From positions 1,504,001-1,568,000 of the forward strand of contig CBDDIJ010000002.1 of NCBI GenBank assembly GCA_965228855.1: a stretch of 64,000 nucleotides of DNA, in the 5' to 3' direction. This stretch comes from Candidatus Obscuribacterales bacterium (lineage in GTDB: Bacteria > Cyanobacteriota > Vampirovibrionia > Obscuribacterales > Obscuribacteraceae). Positions 19,410 through 28,803 of this stretch are shown piece after piece; position 1 is the stretch's first letter; every line of letters begins with the position of its first letter. Position numbers and translations under genes: made by a program. The notes beneath the pieces were generated by a model. It searched no databases, was not told the origin of the DNA, and was given only the letters and a program-made list of their open reading frames with translations.

Positions 19410-21071
19410 TCAGTCTAAACCGAATAATTCTTCCCGCGCCCGTTTTCCGCGTGATTTGACGGTTCCGCCGGCATCCGGGTCCATCGACAGGTGGCGCGGG
19501 GTGACGGCTCTGTAAAAGTCGGTATCGAAAGCTCTGGTTCGTACTACAACAGGCATCGGTACGGCATATCCGAGCACGAGCGCCTGTTGTTTCGGGTCAA
19601 GCTGAGCTAAAACCGTTCGCAAGGTTTGACTGCCGCTCACTCCAGTGAAGACCGCATCGATGTCTTTGTCGTCATTCAGCAACGCTGTCACCCTTGTCCC
19701 TATCTGACTGAGCACCTCCGGATCGATGCCACTGGGGCGCTGATCGACGATTAGCAGGGTGACGAAATACTTGCGCATCTCTCTGGCGATAATACCGAAT
19801 ATGGTTTGCTTCGCAACTTGTGGCGAAAGAAATTTATGAGCCTCTTCAATTACTATCATCAGTTTGCGAGGCGCTTCTACGCTTTCCGGATTGGAGATGT
19901 ATTTTTCCGAGCGTCGCACATATTCTGCATGTATTCGACGAGTGATTACATTGGTCGCGAGCATGTAAGAAAGCAAGTTGTTCTGACGCCCGAATTCCAG
20001 CACGATATGCTTGCCCGCCTGGATGTGTGCAATGATCTCAGCCACATAGTCGTGATTGACTCGTGGTTTCAAATACGGTGTCTTTTGAATGATAGTGTTC
20101 AGTCGTCGCTGAAGAGTTTTAAGCGCTGTCGGATGTCCCTTGTACATCTGTGTGAACTCTTCGATTTCCTCGCCGGACATGTCTATCAGTGTGCTTATCC
20201 AGTCCTGTCCCAGCTTCTCTTTCACGATATAGGCGTTTTCCAGCGTCGCCTCAGTGAGGGCGAGTTCCGTTTTCAACAGCTCCAGATCCTCGATTTCGAT
20301 CTGGTTGTAGCCGATGGAGAGTTCGTGTGCATCAGGAAGTCCACGCGTTCTCGACGACTCTGCGTCTAAGCTGAACACCACGACTTTGTGACCGAATAAT
20401 TGTTTTAAACCTTTGACGCGCGGCGCCGATTTGCTTTCCGACATGGCCTGCCAACCGTATTCGTTGTGCATGTCGAAAACAAGCATGGATGCTACGTCGC
20501 GGTGAATTATGCCGCTCAAAAATATGCGTGTGAGAAACGATTTGCCGGTTCCGGATTTGCCAAAAATGCCGTTCGATCGCTCAATGAATCGACCGAGGTC
20601 GACGCATACGGGTGTTTCCATATTGAGCGGTTTTCCGATGTTGAAGTGAAGGTTGTCTGAACTGTTCTCGTCTTCTTCTCCGAAGACAAGCGCAAAGTCT
20701 GAGTTTGTCGCCTCATAGACGGGTGAGAAGTGGTGCGGAATTGTTTTTACCGGCAGAAGTTCGTGCTCGCCGTCGCGCTCCATCATGAGCATGGGCTGAA
20801 CTTTGACTGTTCCGAACGTCGAGCCACCTGATAGAACATCCATGAGGAAATCGTCTTCGGCAGGTGGGTTCAGCAGAATCGATTGATTCGCCGCCGAAAG
20901 TTCGACGTCGGTGAGCATACTGAAGAAGCGCGAGCGTCTGCCCTCCACAACTACAAATCGGCCCACGCGCAAGTCCTCGACCGAGTGATCCGGGTCGAGT
21001 CGCATCTCGAGACCGCCGGACAGCGACCCCTGCGTGATTATTCCAAGATGACCAACGCGAGAGCGAGCCAA
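19410..21071 (-). CDS. HerA/FtsK-superfamily ATPase (HAS barrel + DUF87-type)
   Basis: Walker A GKSGTGKS, FDMHNEY, Walker B IVIEEAH, AREMRKY, DQRPS. Confidence 0.88.
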   Translation of the reverse strand: MARSRVGHLGIITQGSLSGGLEMRLDPDHSVEDLRVGRFVVVEGRRSRFFSMLTDVELSAANQSILLNPPAEDDFLMDVLSGGSTFGTVKVQPMLMMERDGEHELLPVKTIPHHFSPVYEATNSDFALVFGEEDENSSDNLHFNIGKPLNMETPVCVDLGRFIERSNGIFGKSGTGKSFLTRIFLSGIIHRDVASMLVFDMHNEYGWQAMSESKSAPRVKGLKQLFGHKVVVFSLDAESSRTRGLPDAHELSIGYNQIEIEDLELLKTELALTEATLENAYIVKEKLGQDWISTLIDMSGEEIEEFTQMYKGHPTALKTLQRRLNTIIQKTPYLKPRVNHDYVAEIIAHIQAGKHIVLEFGRQNNLLSYMLATNVITRRIHAEYVRRSEKYISNPESVEAPRKLMIVIEEAHKFLSPQVAKQTIFGIIAREMRKYFVTLLIVDQRPSGIDPEVLSQIGTRVTALLNDDKDIDAVFTGVSGSQTLRTVLAQLDPKQQALVLGYAVPMPVVVRTRAFDTDFYRAVTPRHLSMDPDAGGTVKSRGKRAREELFGLD

Positions 21072-21215
21072 AGTGTTCCTCTTATATGGATTCTATGAGG
21101 CACCAGATCGGTTCTCGAAGAGCCGACTACTTTAGCTAGTGTACTTAAAGCGCGGCAAATTTGCGAAGGTTTTCGGCGGTCGCAGCTGTTTCCTTCCGGT
21201 TGAACCGTGAGGTGG

Positions 21216-21485
21216 TTAAACGTCAAAGCCGATGGCGCGCGCGAACTGTTTCACCGCCTCATCACGCTGTTCTCCGTCAAAGTTCGATTCGCCGAGGATC
21301 GCCGATTCGTCGTCGCCTTTGTACTCGGTGATTTTGTAGGTCGTGGGGGGTTGCAGACTTCGCTCCAAACGATAAAGATTGCCGTTTGACCCTGTTGCAC
21401 CGACAACACCCCAGACGCCGTCCAGGGATTTGGTTATATCTTGAACTGTGTGCGGCCATTGGGCTCTCTGTTGAAATAGATTCAC
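21216..21485 (-). CDS. hypothetical protein
   Basis: 89-aa ORF, GTG start with GGAAGG RBS. Confidence 0.65.
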   Translation of the reverse strand: MNLFQQRAQWPHTVQDITKSLDGVWGVVGATGSNGNLYRLERSLQPPTTYKITEYKGDDESAILGESNFDGEQRDEAVKQFARAIGFDV

Positions 21486-21589
21486 TGTTTACCTTCCAGT
21501 TTGTTTCAGTGTTCGGCGAGCGTTGCGGCGTTCAAGAATCCGACCTGCCGCCGCTGGGCATGTCATCAGTTTTACTCAATTAGAAAGAG

Positions 21590-21670
21590 TGTCCGGAGAG
21601 GGACTTGAACCCTCATGGCTAAGCCACACGCCCCTCAAACGTGCGCGTCTACCAGTTCCGCCATCCGGAC
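21590..21670 (-). tRNA. tRNA-Leu(GAG)
   Basis: Minus strand GTCCGGATGGCGGAACTGGTAGACGCGCACGTTTGAGGGGCGTGTGGCTTAGCCATGAGGGTTCAAGTCCCTCTCCGGACA; long variable arm; CCA not encoded. Confidence 0.95.
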
Positions 21671-22027
21671 TAGTGTCTAGGGGGCCATTGCCAGTGAGAG
21701 GTCGTGGCAATCGTTTGAGGTGGTTTGGAACACCTCAAAATCTAGACCTTTAGTTTAGCAATGAAGGGGCAGTTCGTGTCAATAGAGTGCGCTTGTGTCA
21801 ATTCATGTATCAGCGTTTACAGATAGTGCTATAACTAGAGTATGGCAAATGCCGCTCAACATCACGTTTTAGACAATCCCTGCTGCGGATAATTAAAGTA
21901 CGAAGCAAATAAACACGAGCCGTCCGGGGAATAATTAGCTGTGGCGAGTATTTAGGTTTGTAACGTAAAATGATTTGAAAGTCTGTTGGCAAGCCAGTGC
22001 GATGAGGACATCGGTGTAGTCGGAATC

Positions 22028-22534
22028 ATGATCGAAATGCATGTAGCAGGAATCGCACTGGATGCTCGCAACGGGCATCCAATTGTTGTTCTTAACGACA
22101 GTACCAAGCGACGCGCACTACCTATATGGATTGGGGTTGCAGAGGCGCAAGCAATCGGCAAGGCGCTTGACAATCACAAGCCCGACAAACCGATGTCTCA
22201 CGACTTCTTACTAAATCTGATTACAGCCTTTGGCTACAAAATCGACCGCATTGAGATAAACGAACTCTCGTCTAACACATACTTTGCCACCATACGGCTA
22301 ATAATTGAAGATTCGCGTGTGGACGAGGCAAAGGCTATCGATTCGCGCCCGTCCGATGCGATTGCGCTGGCTCTGCGCGCTAAGGCGCCGATATTTGTTT
22401 CCGCTCAGGTCGTCGCTGACGGCACGATTCCAGCCGATGTCGAGCGCGACGAAGAAGAGACGAAAGAGTTCAAAAAGTTCATTGATAATTTGAAGGCGTC
22501 TGATTTCAAAAAAATGGGCGGCGCCGAGTCTTAG
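22028..22534 (+). CDS. bifunctional nuclease family protein (DUF151)
   Basis: MIEMHVAGIALD, RALPIWIGVAEAQAI, IDSRPSDAIALALR. Confidence 0.9.
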   Translation: MIEMHVAGIALDARNGHPIVVLNDSTKRRALPIWIGVAEAQAIGKALDNHKPDKPMSHDFLLNLITAFGYKIDRIEINELSSNTYFATIRLIIEDSRVDEAKAIDSRPSDAIALALRAKAPIFVSAQVVADGTIPADVERDEEETKEFKKFIDNLKASDFKKMGGAES

Positions 22535-22600
22535 CGCCGAGTGTCGATCGCGGAGAGAGGTCAGACGCTAGCTTTTGCTTTGTCTTTGCTTGCCGCACAT

Positions 22601-22969
22601 TCAAGCTTCGGATTTCTTTTTTGCTTTGTCCAACGCCGACTTTAACGCGATCTCCAGTGTCTGGATCTTCGCTTCTAGTTGTTTCTCTTTGTCCGATTGA
22701 ATCTCTTTGGCGAGCTTCTCATCTTGCTTTTGCCAGGTTAGCTGGTTCTGCTCGCTCTTTGCGTCTTTGATTGCTCTGGTGGCGTTGAACGAAGCTGCGG
22801 AGGCCAGACCAAGGGCGAACCCGATGAGCACTAGCGTTCCGACTGTGGTGGAAACAGTCGCGCCGAATAAATTCAGTGCCACCGCCGTACTAATGTTCAT
22901 GAAACCAAGCACGGCTGCAACTATTAGAAGAACAGCAGATATTATGAAAAACAGATTGCGCGGCATCAT
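22601..22969 (-). CDS. small two-TM protein with C-terminal coiled coil (LapA-like architecture)
   Basis: TM-N-beta-TM pattern followed by a helical charged tail; last gene of the lspA-rluD run. Confidence 0.6.
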   Translation of the reverse strand: MMPRNLFFIISAVLLIVAAVLGFMNISTAVALNLFGATVSTTVGTLVLIGFALGLASAASFNATRAIKDAKSEQNQLTWQKQDEKLAKEIQSDKEKQLEAKIQTLEIALKSALDKAKKKSEA

Positions 22970-22975
22970 GTCACC

Positions 22976-23956
22976 TCAGTGTCGAAGCTTCTCCAGCAGT
23001 GCCTGATAGTCTGCCGGAAGCGGTGCTCTGAACTCTAGCGCTTCGCCGGTTTTAGGGTGAGTAAACGAGAGTCTGGCGGCATGAAGTGCATGCCCGTGCA
23101 GTCCCAGTTTCGCCCGCGCTTTTTCAGAGCCGGAAGTTTTGCGATTGTACACGAGATCGCCGACCACGGGAAAGTTCAAACTCGCCATGTGCACGCGGAT
23201 CTGGTGCGTGCGACCGGTTTCGAGTTGACATTCCAGAAGAGTGAAGTTTCGATAACGTTCTACAACTTTGTAATGTGTGACGGCGCGGCGACCGTTCTCA
23301 ACCACCGCCATCTCCTTGCGGCGCACCGGGTGTCTGCCTATTGGTTTGTCGACTGTTCCGCTGTCCGGTCCGACAATGCCGTCCACGAGTGCGAAATAGT
23401 TCCTCTTCACCTCGCGAGATGAAAGACGCCTGGACAGCTCTTTGTGCGTAGAATCTTCTTTTGCGACAACCAGTAAACCAGATGTGTCTTTGTCCAGTCG
23501 GTGAACGATTCCAGGACGCTCGACTCCCGATATGCCGGATAACGAGCCCTTACAGTGGTGCAAAAGTGCGTTGACCAATGTCCCTGAGCGGGTTCCAGCG
23601 CCCGGATGTGTAACCATGCCCGCGGGTTTGTTCACAACCACAAGAAACTGGTCCTCGAATATTATGTCGAGTGGTATCGCCTCTGGTTGCGCATCAAGAG
23701 GTTCCGACGGCGGAATTTTGACGGTGATAGTCTCTCCACCTTTCAGGCGCAGAGAGGATTTGGCAATTTCTCCGTTGACGGAAACCAGTTGGGCATCGAT
23801 TAGTTTTTGAACTTGAGCGCGGCTCAAATCCGGAAGAGTTTTTGAAATGAAATTGTCGAGTCGCGGTTTATCATCGGCTGATGCTTCAGTCGGATCGTAG
23901 ACTAACTCTACTTCTTCGAAAGGCTCAAATGAGTCGAATTCTTCTTGCTCATTCAT
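22976..23956 (-). CDS. rluD: 23S rRNA pseudouridine synthase, RluA/RluD family
   Basis: S4 domain (RLDNF..SRAQVQKLI), VNKPAGMVTHP, GIVHRLDKDTSG, TGRTHQIRVH. Confidence 0.93.
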   Translation of the reverse strand: MNEQEEFDSFEPFEEVELVYDPTEASADDKPRLDNFISKTLPDLSRAQVQKLIDAQLVSVNGEIAKSSLRLKGGETITVKIPPSEPLDAQPEAIPLDIIFEDQFLVVVNKPAGMVTHPGAGTRSGTLVNALLHHCKGSLSGISGVERPGIVHRLDKDTSGLLVVAKEDSTHKELSRRLSSREVKRNYFALVDGIVGPDSGTVDKPIGRHPVRRKEMAVVENGRRAVTHYKVVERYRNFTLLECQLETGRTHQIRVHMASLNFPVVGDLVYNRKTSGSEKARAKLGLHGHALHAARLSFTHPKTGEALEFRAPLPADYQALLEKLRH

Positions 23957-23958
23957 AA

Positions 23959-24564
23959 TCAGGCTTTGTCGTTCGGCGCGAGAGCGTCATGCTTCCGCTC
24001 ATCCTCTCGCGGTGTCGCAGGCGATCCGGCAGTTATATCGCTGGAAACTGCTTGCTCTCTGGTTTTCGGTCCTGTTTCTTCCGAAGGGAAGAACCAGATA
24101 GCGATAAAGAGAAACGCGATGCCAACATCGATCAATGCATCCGCGACGTTGAAAACTGGAAACTGCATGAACGCAAACTCCAGGAAATCAGTCACCTTCC
24201 CGTGATTGAAGCGGTCTATCAAATTCCCAACTGCACCACCAAAGATGCAAGCCATGCCAATCTGTTCCACCACCGGTAGTGGCGCGGTTGATGCGATCCG
24301 TTTAACAATCCAACAGCAAATCGCTATTGAGAAAACTGTCGCGACGAGTCCCATAAGTTGGCCATTATCGCTTCCGAGCGAGAAGGCGGCGCCTGGATTG
24401 CTGAGCAGATTTAGACGGAGCAGACCAGGAATGAATTCTTGCGGCTGGCCCATTGTAAGGTTTCTTACGGCCCACTGCTTACTCAACTGATCTGCAGCGA
24501 TACAACAGAAGACCACAAATGCGATCAGGACGCTACGGGCGCCTACCTGCTTAAATCGTGTCAT
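23959..24564 (-). CDS. lspA: lipoprotein signal peptidase II
   Basis: ADQLSK, NPGAAFS, GAVGNLIDR, VTDF, FNVAD. Confidence 0.95.
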   Translation of the reverse strand: MTRFKQVGARSVLIAFVVFCCIAADQLSKQWAVRNLTMGQPQEFIPGLLRLNLLSNPGAAFSLGSDNGQLMGLVATVFSIAICCWIVKRIASTAPLPVVEQIGMACIFGGAVGNLIDRFNHGKVTDFLEFAFMQFPVFNVADALIDVGIAFLFIAIWFFPSEETGPKTREQAVSSDITAGSPATPREDERKHDALAPNDKA

Positions 24565-24598
24565 TCTGCGGCTCCGCGTCGGTACTCTCAGCTCGCCG

Positions 24599-25711
24599 TT
24601 AAGGCTTTACGTCGCCCGAGGGATCGTCTTTCTTCTCTTCTTCTTTTATCTCAGTTGAAGGAATGGGCGATGCGTCTTGCAACTTCTGCGGATCAGGTTT
24701 TGGCGCGTCCGGTGTCAGCTTGATCGGTGAGGTGTCGTCATCATCGACTGTTGCTGTTTGAACGGCTTTGGGCTCTGGCGGCGCCTCTTTGGTTTGAGGA
24801 ACGACGTTCAATCTTCGCGTCAAATACGTCAACCCTTTAAGATTTGAACGCGACTTGTCGGTTATACCGATTGTCGCCATCAGAAGTTCGTTGTGATTCG
24901 ATGTGTTCGCGTGAATAATCCGCTCCAGGGTTTGATTATCAATCGGCCTCCAGAAATCTTTGTGAGGCGGCTGCGGATAGCGGAGCGGCTCGCTCGTGAT
25001 TGAGCCGACAGCGATCAAATCGGAAGGCAAGTCGACTTTTAAACGAGCGGAGTATTCTTGCCCCGATTTCACTTGCTCTGGCGCGATGAAGGAGGTGTCG
25101 AGCTCCTGCGCAAGTCCGAATGCCACGCGAACTTTTTCGTAGTCGATTCGGTCGCCGACGATTTTCCATTCCTTGCCCATCTTTCTCAGATAGAGCTGAC
25201 CTTCAGAGATCGATGAAAGCGAACCCCTGGTGCCGATTCCCGGCATAACTTTGTCCGTATTTCCGACTGCTTTGTCTCGAGACTCCACGGTTGCGAATTT
25301 ACCTTCGACGCGAACTTGTTTCGTCTTCGAAATTGATTTTGCGTCCGGGTAGGTTTTCCAGAAGTCCTTGGTGAGCTCTTTGACGGCGTTTTTGTCTAAA
25401 CCGTCGTTGTTGACGTAGTCATCGTGATAGAAGCCCATAACCGCATCGAGATTGTGAGCGTTCCACTGTGTCTCGATGTCATTGAGGAAGGCTTCTACTT
25501 CCTGGCGTTCTGTCTTGTACTTCTCGTGGTCGGGTTCCAAACCGTCTGATTTTGTTTCTTCCGAAGCGGTCGGTGTAGACCCGGTCGCTGTGGCGGCTGC
25601 TGCGCTTAGAGTCAGCGTTGAGGTCGTGGTGAGCGCCATCAAAAGTGAGAGCGCCAAAAATCCATCAACTTTTGCACGCAATGTTTGCCGCCTGGTGAGC
25701 GCTTTGTACAT
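24599..25711 (-). CDS. secreted NTF2/SnoaL-like domain protein
   Basis: Signal peptide; WNAHNLDAVMGFYHDDYVNNDG...LRKMGKEWKIV pattern. Confidence 0.7.
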   Translation of the reverse strand: MYKALTRRQTLRAKVDGFLALSLLMALTTTSTLTLSAAAATATGSTPTASEETKSDGLEPDHEKYKTERQEVEAFLNDIETQWNAHNLDAVMGFYHDDYVNNDGLDKNAVKELTKDFWKTYPDAKSISKTKQVRVEGKFATVESRDKAVGNTDKVMPGIGTRGSLSSISEGQLYLRKMGKEWKIVGDRIDYEKVRVAFGLAQELDTSFIAPEQVKSGQEYSARLKVDLPSDLIAVGSITSEPLRYPQPPHKDFWRPIDNQTLERIIHANTSNHNELLMATIGITDKSRSNLKGLTYLTRRLNVVPQTKEAPPEPKAVQTATVDDDDTSPIKLTPDAPKPDPQKLQDASPIPSTEIKEEEKKDDPSGDVKP

Positions 25712-26014
25712 CACCGATCGCCTCCACGATGTTTCGAAATCGAATAGGTTTGAACCTTTCAAGTTGCCATTATAGCCTCACTGGCGTCTCCAAACCGCGA
25801 TCCGTTAAGAGTTGCTGCCGAAACTGTCGCATCTATTCGCACTTGACTAGGGGCGGGTGGCTTAGAAAATGCGGGCGGTGTCCAACTCACGACTCGAATA
25901 AAAATGCGCTTATCCTGGCTCTGTCCGCCTTCGCGAAGCGTTCGCGGTTTCTGTTTCGAGCACAGACTGATACCATGGAATAGGTCGCGGGTCGCAGTTG
26001 CGGCGGGTTTCGAA

Positions 26015-28789
26015 GTGAGCGGCAACGATACTACAAATTTTGACAACGACACGAGCGGCAATCACGGCGTTCCGTTTGATACGTCGCCGGACCTATCCGG
26101 TGACCAGGGGCGCTTTCGGGGACCTCACCCTGAGGACACGATGCAGGACTCCACGCGAAGTCGCGGGTTTCAGCCTCTGGGGCACGGTACGGATGCAACT
26201 CAGAAAGATATTCCGGACGAGACGCAGCAGGAATTTCATTCACCGAGTGATGGGGAAACTCAACGCGACTATTCCGCAGATAGAACCGAGCAGGACATTC
26301 GCAATCAGAAAACAGCCGATCACGGTGGACAGAAAACCGATCAGGACATTGGGGCTGGTCAGCAGAAGGTTTGGGCCGACCCATTTCAAAACACGCAACC
26401 AACTGATTGGGAGCCGCTTGACGGTTCGAAATCGACGGCAGGAGAACCAAGTGCATCGCCACTTAAACACTCGCGTTCGTCGGCTTCACAGCCACCACCA
26501 TCTCAACAAATCGGACCGATAGGTCGTTTTCGAATCGGCGATATGTTCGCAAATAAATACGAGATAACCGGACACATCGGACAGGGCGGCATGGGAACAG
26601 TCTACAAGGCACTCGACCTTGTGCTTGGCCGCTCGGTCGCGATCAAGTTTTTGAAAACGAAGAGCATCATCGATAAAACAGTAGTTTCACGCTTCCAGCA
26701 AGAAGCAGTCGCTATCGCCAGTTTAGATCATCACAATATTATTCGCGTTCACGAGATGTCGGTGACTTCGGATGGTGATCCGTTTTTTGTCTTGGAGTAC
26801 ATCCAGGGAAATTCGCTTTCAAACGAGATCCGCGGTTTAAAGAGTCTTCCGCTAGAACGTGCGCTTGCAATCGCCGAGCAAATTTGTGATGCGCTACAGC
26901 ACGCGCACGATCATGGAGTGGTGCATCGTGACTTAAAGCCAAGCAACCTCATGCTCGTGAAACACGGCGAAGTGGAAGTCGTGAAGTTGTTGGATTTTGG
27001 AATAGCCAAGCTCAATCCAATGGATGAGGAAACACTTCTGCGTTTAACCAAAACAGGTGAACTCTTCGGAAGCCCACACTACATGAGCCCGGAGCAATGC
27101 AGTGGAGAAACCGTGGACGCACCGAGCGACATTTACTCTCTCGGAATCGTGCTTTTCGAGATGTTGACAGGTAAACCACCATTCTCTGGTAATAGTCCAT
27201 TCGCCACGATAGAGATGCATAAACTTGCAGCAACACCATCGATCGTCGGCTCAATTGATGAAGGTAGTGCGAAACTTCTTGATCCCATTCTCGCTAAAAT
27301 GATGGCGAAAAATCCGTCGGATCGCTACGAGAAACCAGCAGACGTAAAAGCTGAACTGCAATCATTGGGTCGCGCACTATTCGCGCCCGCAACGCAGGTC
27401 AGTATACAGTTGCCAGTCGACGATGGTTATGAGAAACGGAAGAAGAATTTAGCCTTGATCACGCTCGGAGTTGTTGCTGTTCTCGGATCTGGAGCCGCGA
27501 TAGGTTTGTCTCTTGGTTGGAATGTCGCACCGCCCGTAGTGGCGGCGAAAGTAGATAAAACTCCCTGGTCTAGCTATGATTACAAAGGTCAGCGGATGTT
27601 TGACGTTGGCAATTACAAGGATGCATCCGAGTATTTTCACAAGGCGCACGAGAGGGCATTGACAGTCTCCGAGCCGCGTCGATCCATTCTTGTAGACCGA
27701 AGTCTGCGAGAACTGCGAATGATCAGTTCGGTTCTTAAGGATAAAGCGGGTGTAGAATCGGCGAACAAGCTTTTGCTCAACCTTACGCTCCAAGAAAAAG
27801 TTACTTCGACCGACTTCTCGGAACTTCAGCGGGCGGTGGCTTCCGCTATCCACGCTGAAGACAGTAGTGAACTTCAAACGCAGCTAGATCTGCTTCACCG
27901 CGCATTACCAAAACTCAGAGCGCAAGGGATAGATGTTCTCCAGTATTTGTCATCGCTGGAAAAGAAACTGATTCTGTCGGAACGTCTTCAACTGTCCCTC
28001 GTTTATGTCCAGCTTCTATCGGCAGCCGTGCAAATTGAAAACGAGAATGATGACCTACCGCAGCTTGCAAGCATAATTGACGCAGCCTCCAAGTTTGAAG
28101 GCCGACTTTCGCCGACTCAAGCCTATCTGGCAGGCGATTTGAGCATGCGAGTGCGGGGCTCTAGCAATCTCACAGAGCACTTATTGCAGTACGCGTATGA
28201 TTACGGTGACCAACTAGTTCAAAGTAAAGCTGTTTTAGTCCAAGCTCGGTTGTATTTTGAGACAGGCCGCAAAACAGCCGCGATCAATAGATTGAGCGCT
28301 GAGTTAGGTCAGTTAGAAAAACGCAGTACCACCGAATTTGCGTGGTTGTACGTAATTTTGCTGGACCTTTCGTCCATGCTCGCGCATAACGCAGAGGCAG
28401 AAAAGGCCTTGCCGCTTTTGATAAGAGCAAGGTCCATTGCGCAGTACGAACTTGACGATTTTCGATTCTATAGCGGGGGCAGCTCTAAAGATTTGATCGA
28501 TTACAGACTCGTAAACTTGTACACCGATTTGAATGACTTCGATTCGGCGATTGACCTTCTAGACTCGATGGCGGGTTCTATAAGTGATGCCGAGGCCGGT
28601 GATTTACAGAAAGTCCGATGGTATGCCAAGTATGGACGTGTGCTTTGTAAGCAACGCCGCTTCGATCAGGCAATAAAGCGTTTGAAACAAGCAGAAGAAT
28701 TAATAGCAAAGCAGAAGCAACCCAATGGAGAGATGCGTTTTATTTCTCAGCAGGTTTCCGAGGACTTAGCTCTGATTGCTTCGCATTAG
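26015..28789 (+). CDS. Hanks-type Ser/Thr kinase with TM and C-terminal TPR-like helical region
   Basis: IGQGGMGTVY, VAIK, HRDLKPSN, DFG, GSPHYMSPEQ; TM LALITLGVVAVLGSGAAIGL; start uncertain (ORF opens at 25904). Confidence 0.92.
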   Translation: MSGNDTTNFDNDTSGNHGVPFDTSPDLSGDQGRFRGPHPEDTMQDSTRSRGFQPLGHGTDATQKDIPDETQQEFHSPSDGETQRDYSADRTEQDIRNQKTADHGGQKTDQDIGAGQQKVWADPFQNTQPTDWEPLDGSKSTAGEPSASPLKHSRSSASQPPPSQQIGPIGRFRIGDMFANKYEITGHIGQGGMGTVYKALDLVLGRSVAIKFLKTKSIIDKTVVSRFQQEAVAIASLDHHNIIRVHEMSVTSDGDPFFVLEYIQGNSLSNEIRGLKSLPLERALAIAEQICDALQHAHDHGVVHRDLKPSNLMLVKHGEVEVVKLLDFGIAKLNPMDEETLLRLTKTGELFGSPHYMSPEQCSGETVDAPSDIYSLGIVLFEMLTGKPPFSGNSPFATIEMHKLAATPSIVGSIDEGSAKLLDPILAKMMAKNPSDRYEKPADVKAELQSLGRALFAPATQVSIQLPVDDGYEKRKKNLALITLGVVAVLGSGAAIGLSLGWNVAPPVVAAKVDKTPWSSYDYKGQRMFDVGNYKDASEYFHKAHERALTVSEPRRSILVDRSLRELRMISSVLKDKAGVESANKLLLNLTLQEKVTSTDFSELQRAVASAIHAEDSSELQTQLDLLHRALPKLRAQGIDVLQYLSSLEKKLILSERLQLSLVYVQLLSAAVQIENENDDLPQLASIIDAASKFEGRLSPTQAYLAGDLSMRVRGSSNLTEHLLQYAYDYGDQLVQSKAVLVQARLYFETGRKTAAINRLSAELGQLEKRSTTEFAWLYVILLDLSSMLAHNAEAEKALPLLIRARSIAQYELDDFRFYSGGSSKDLIDYRLVNLYTDLNDFDSAIDLLDSMAGSISDAEAGDLQKVRWYAKYGRVLCKQRRFDQAIKRLKQAEELIAKQKQPNGEMRFISQQVSEDLALIASH

Positions 28790-28803
28790 TGAGCCACGTT
28801 TGA

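Noticed and set aside
19410..21590. Genomic island or defence island downstream of tRNA-Leu
   Set aside because: No integrase, att duplication or effector gene seen
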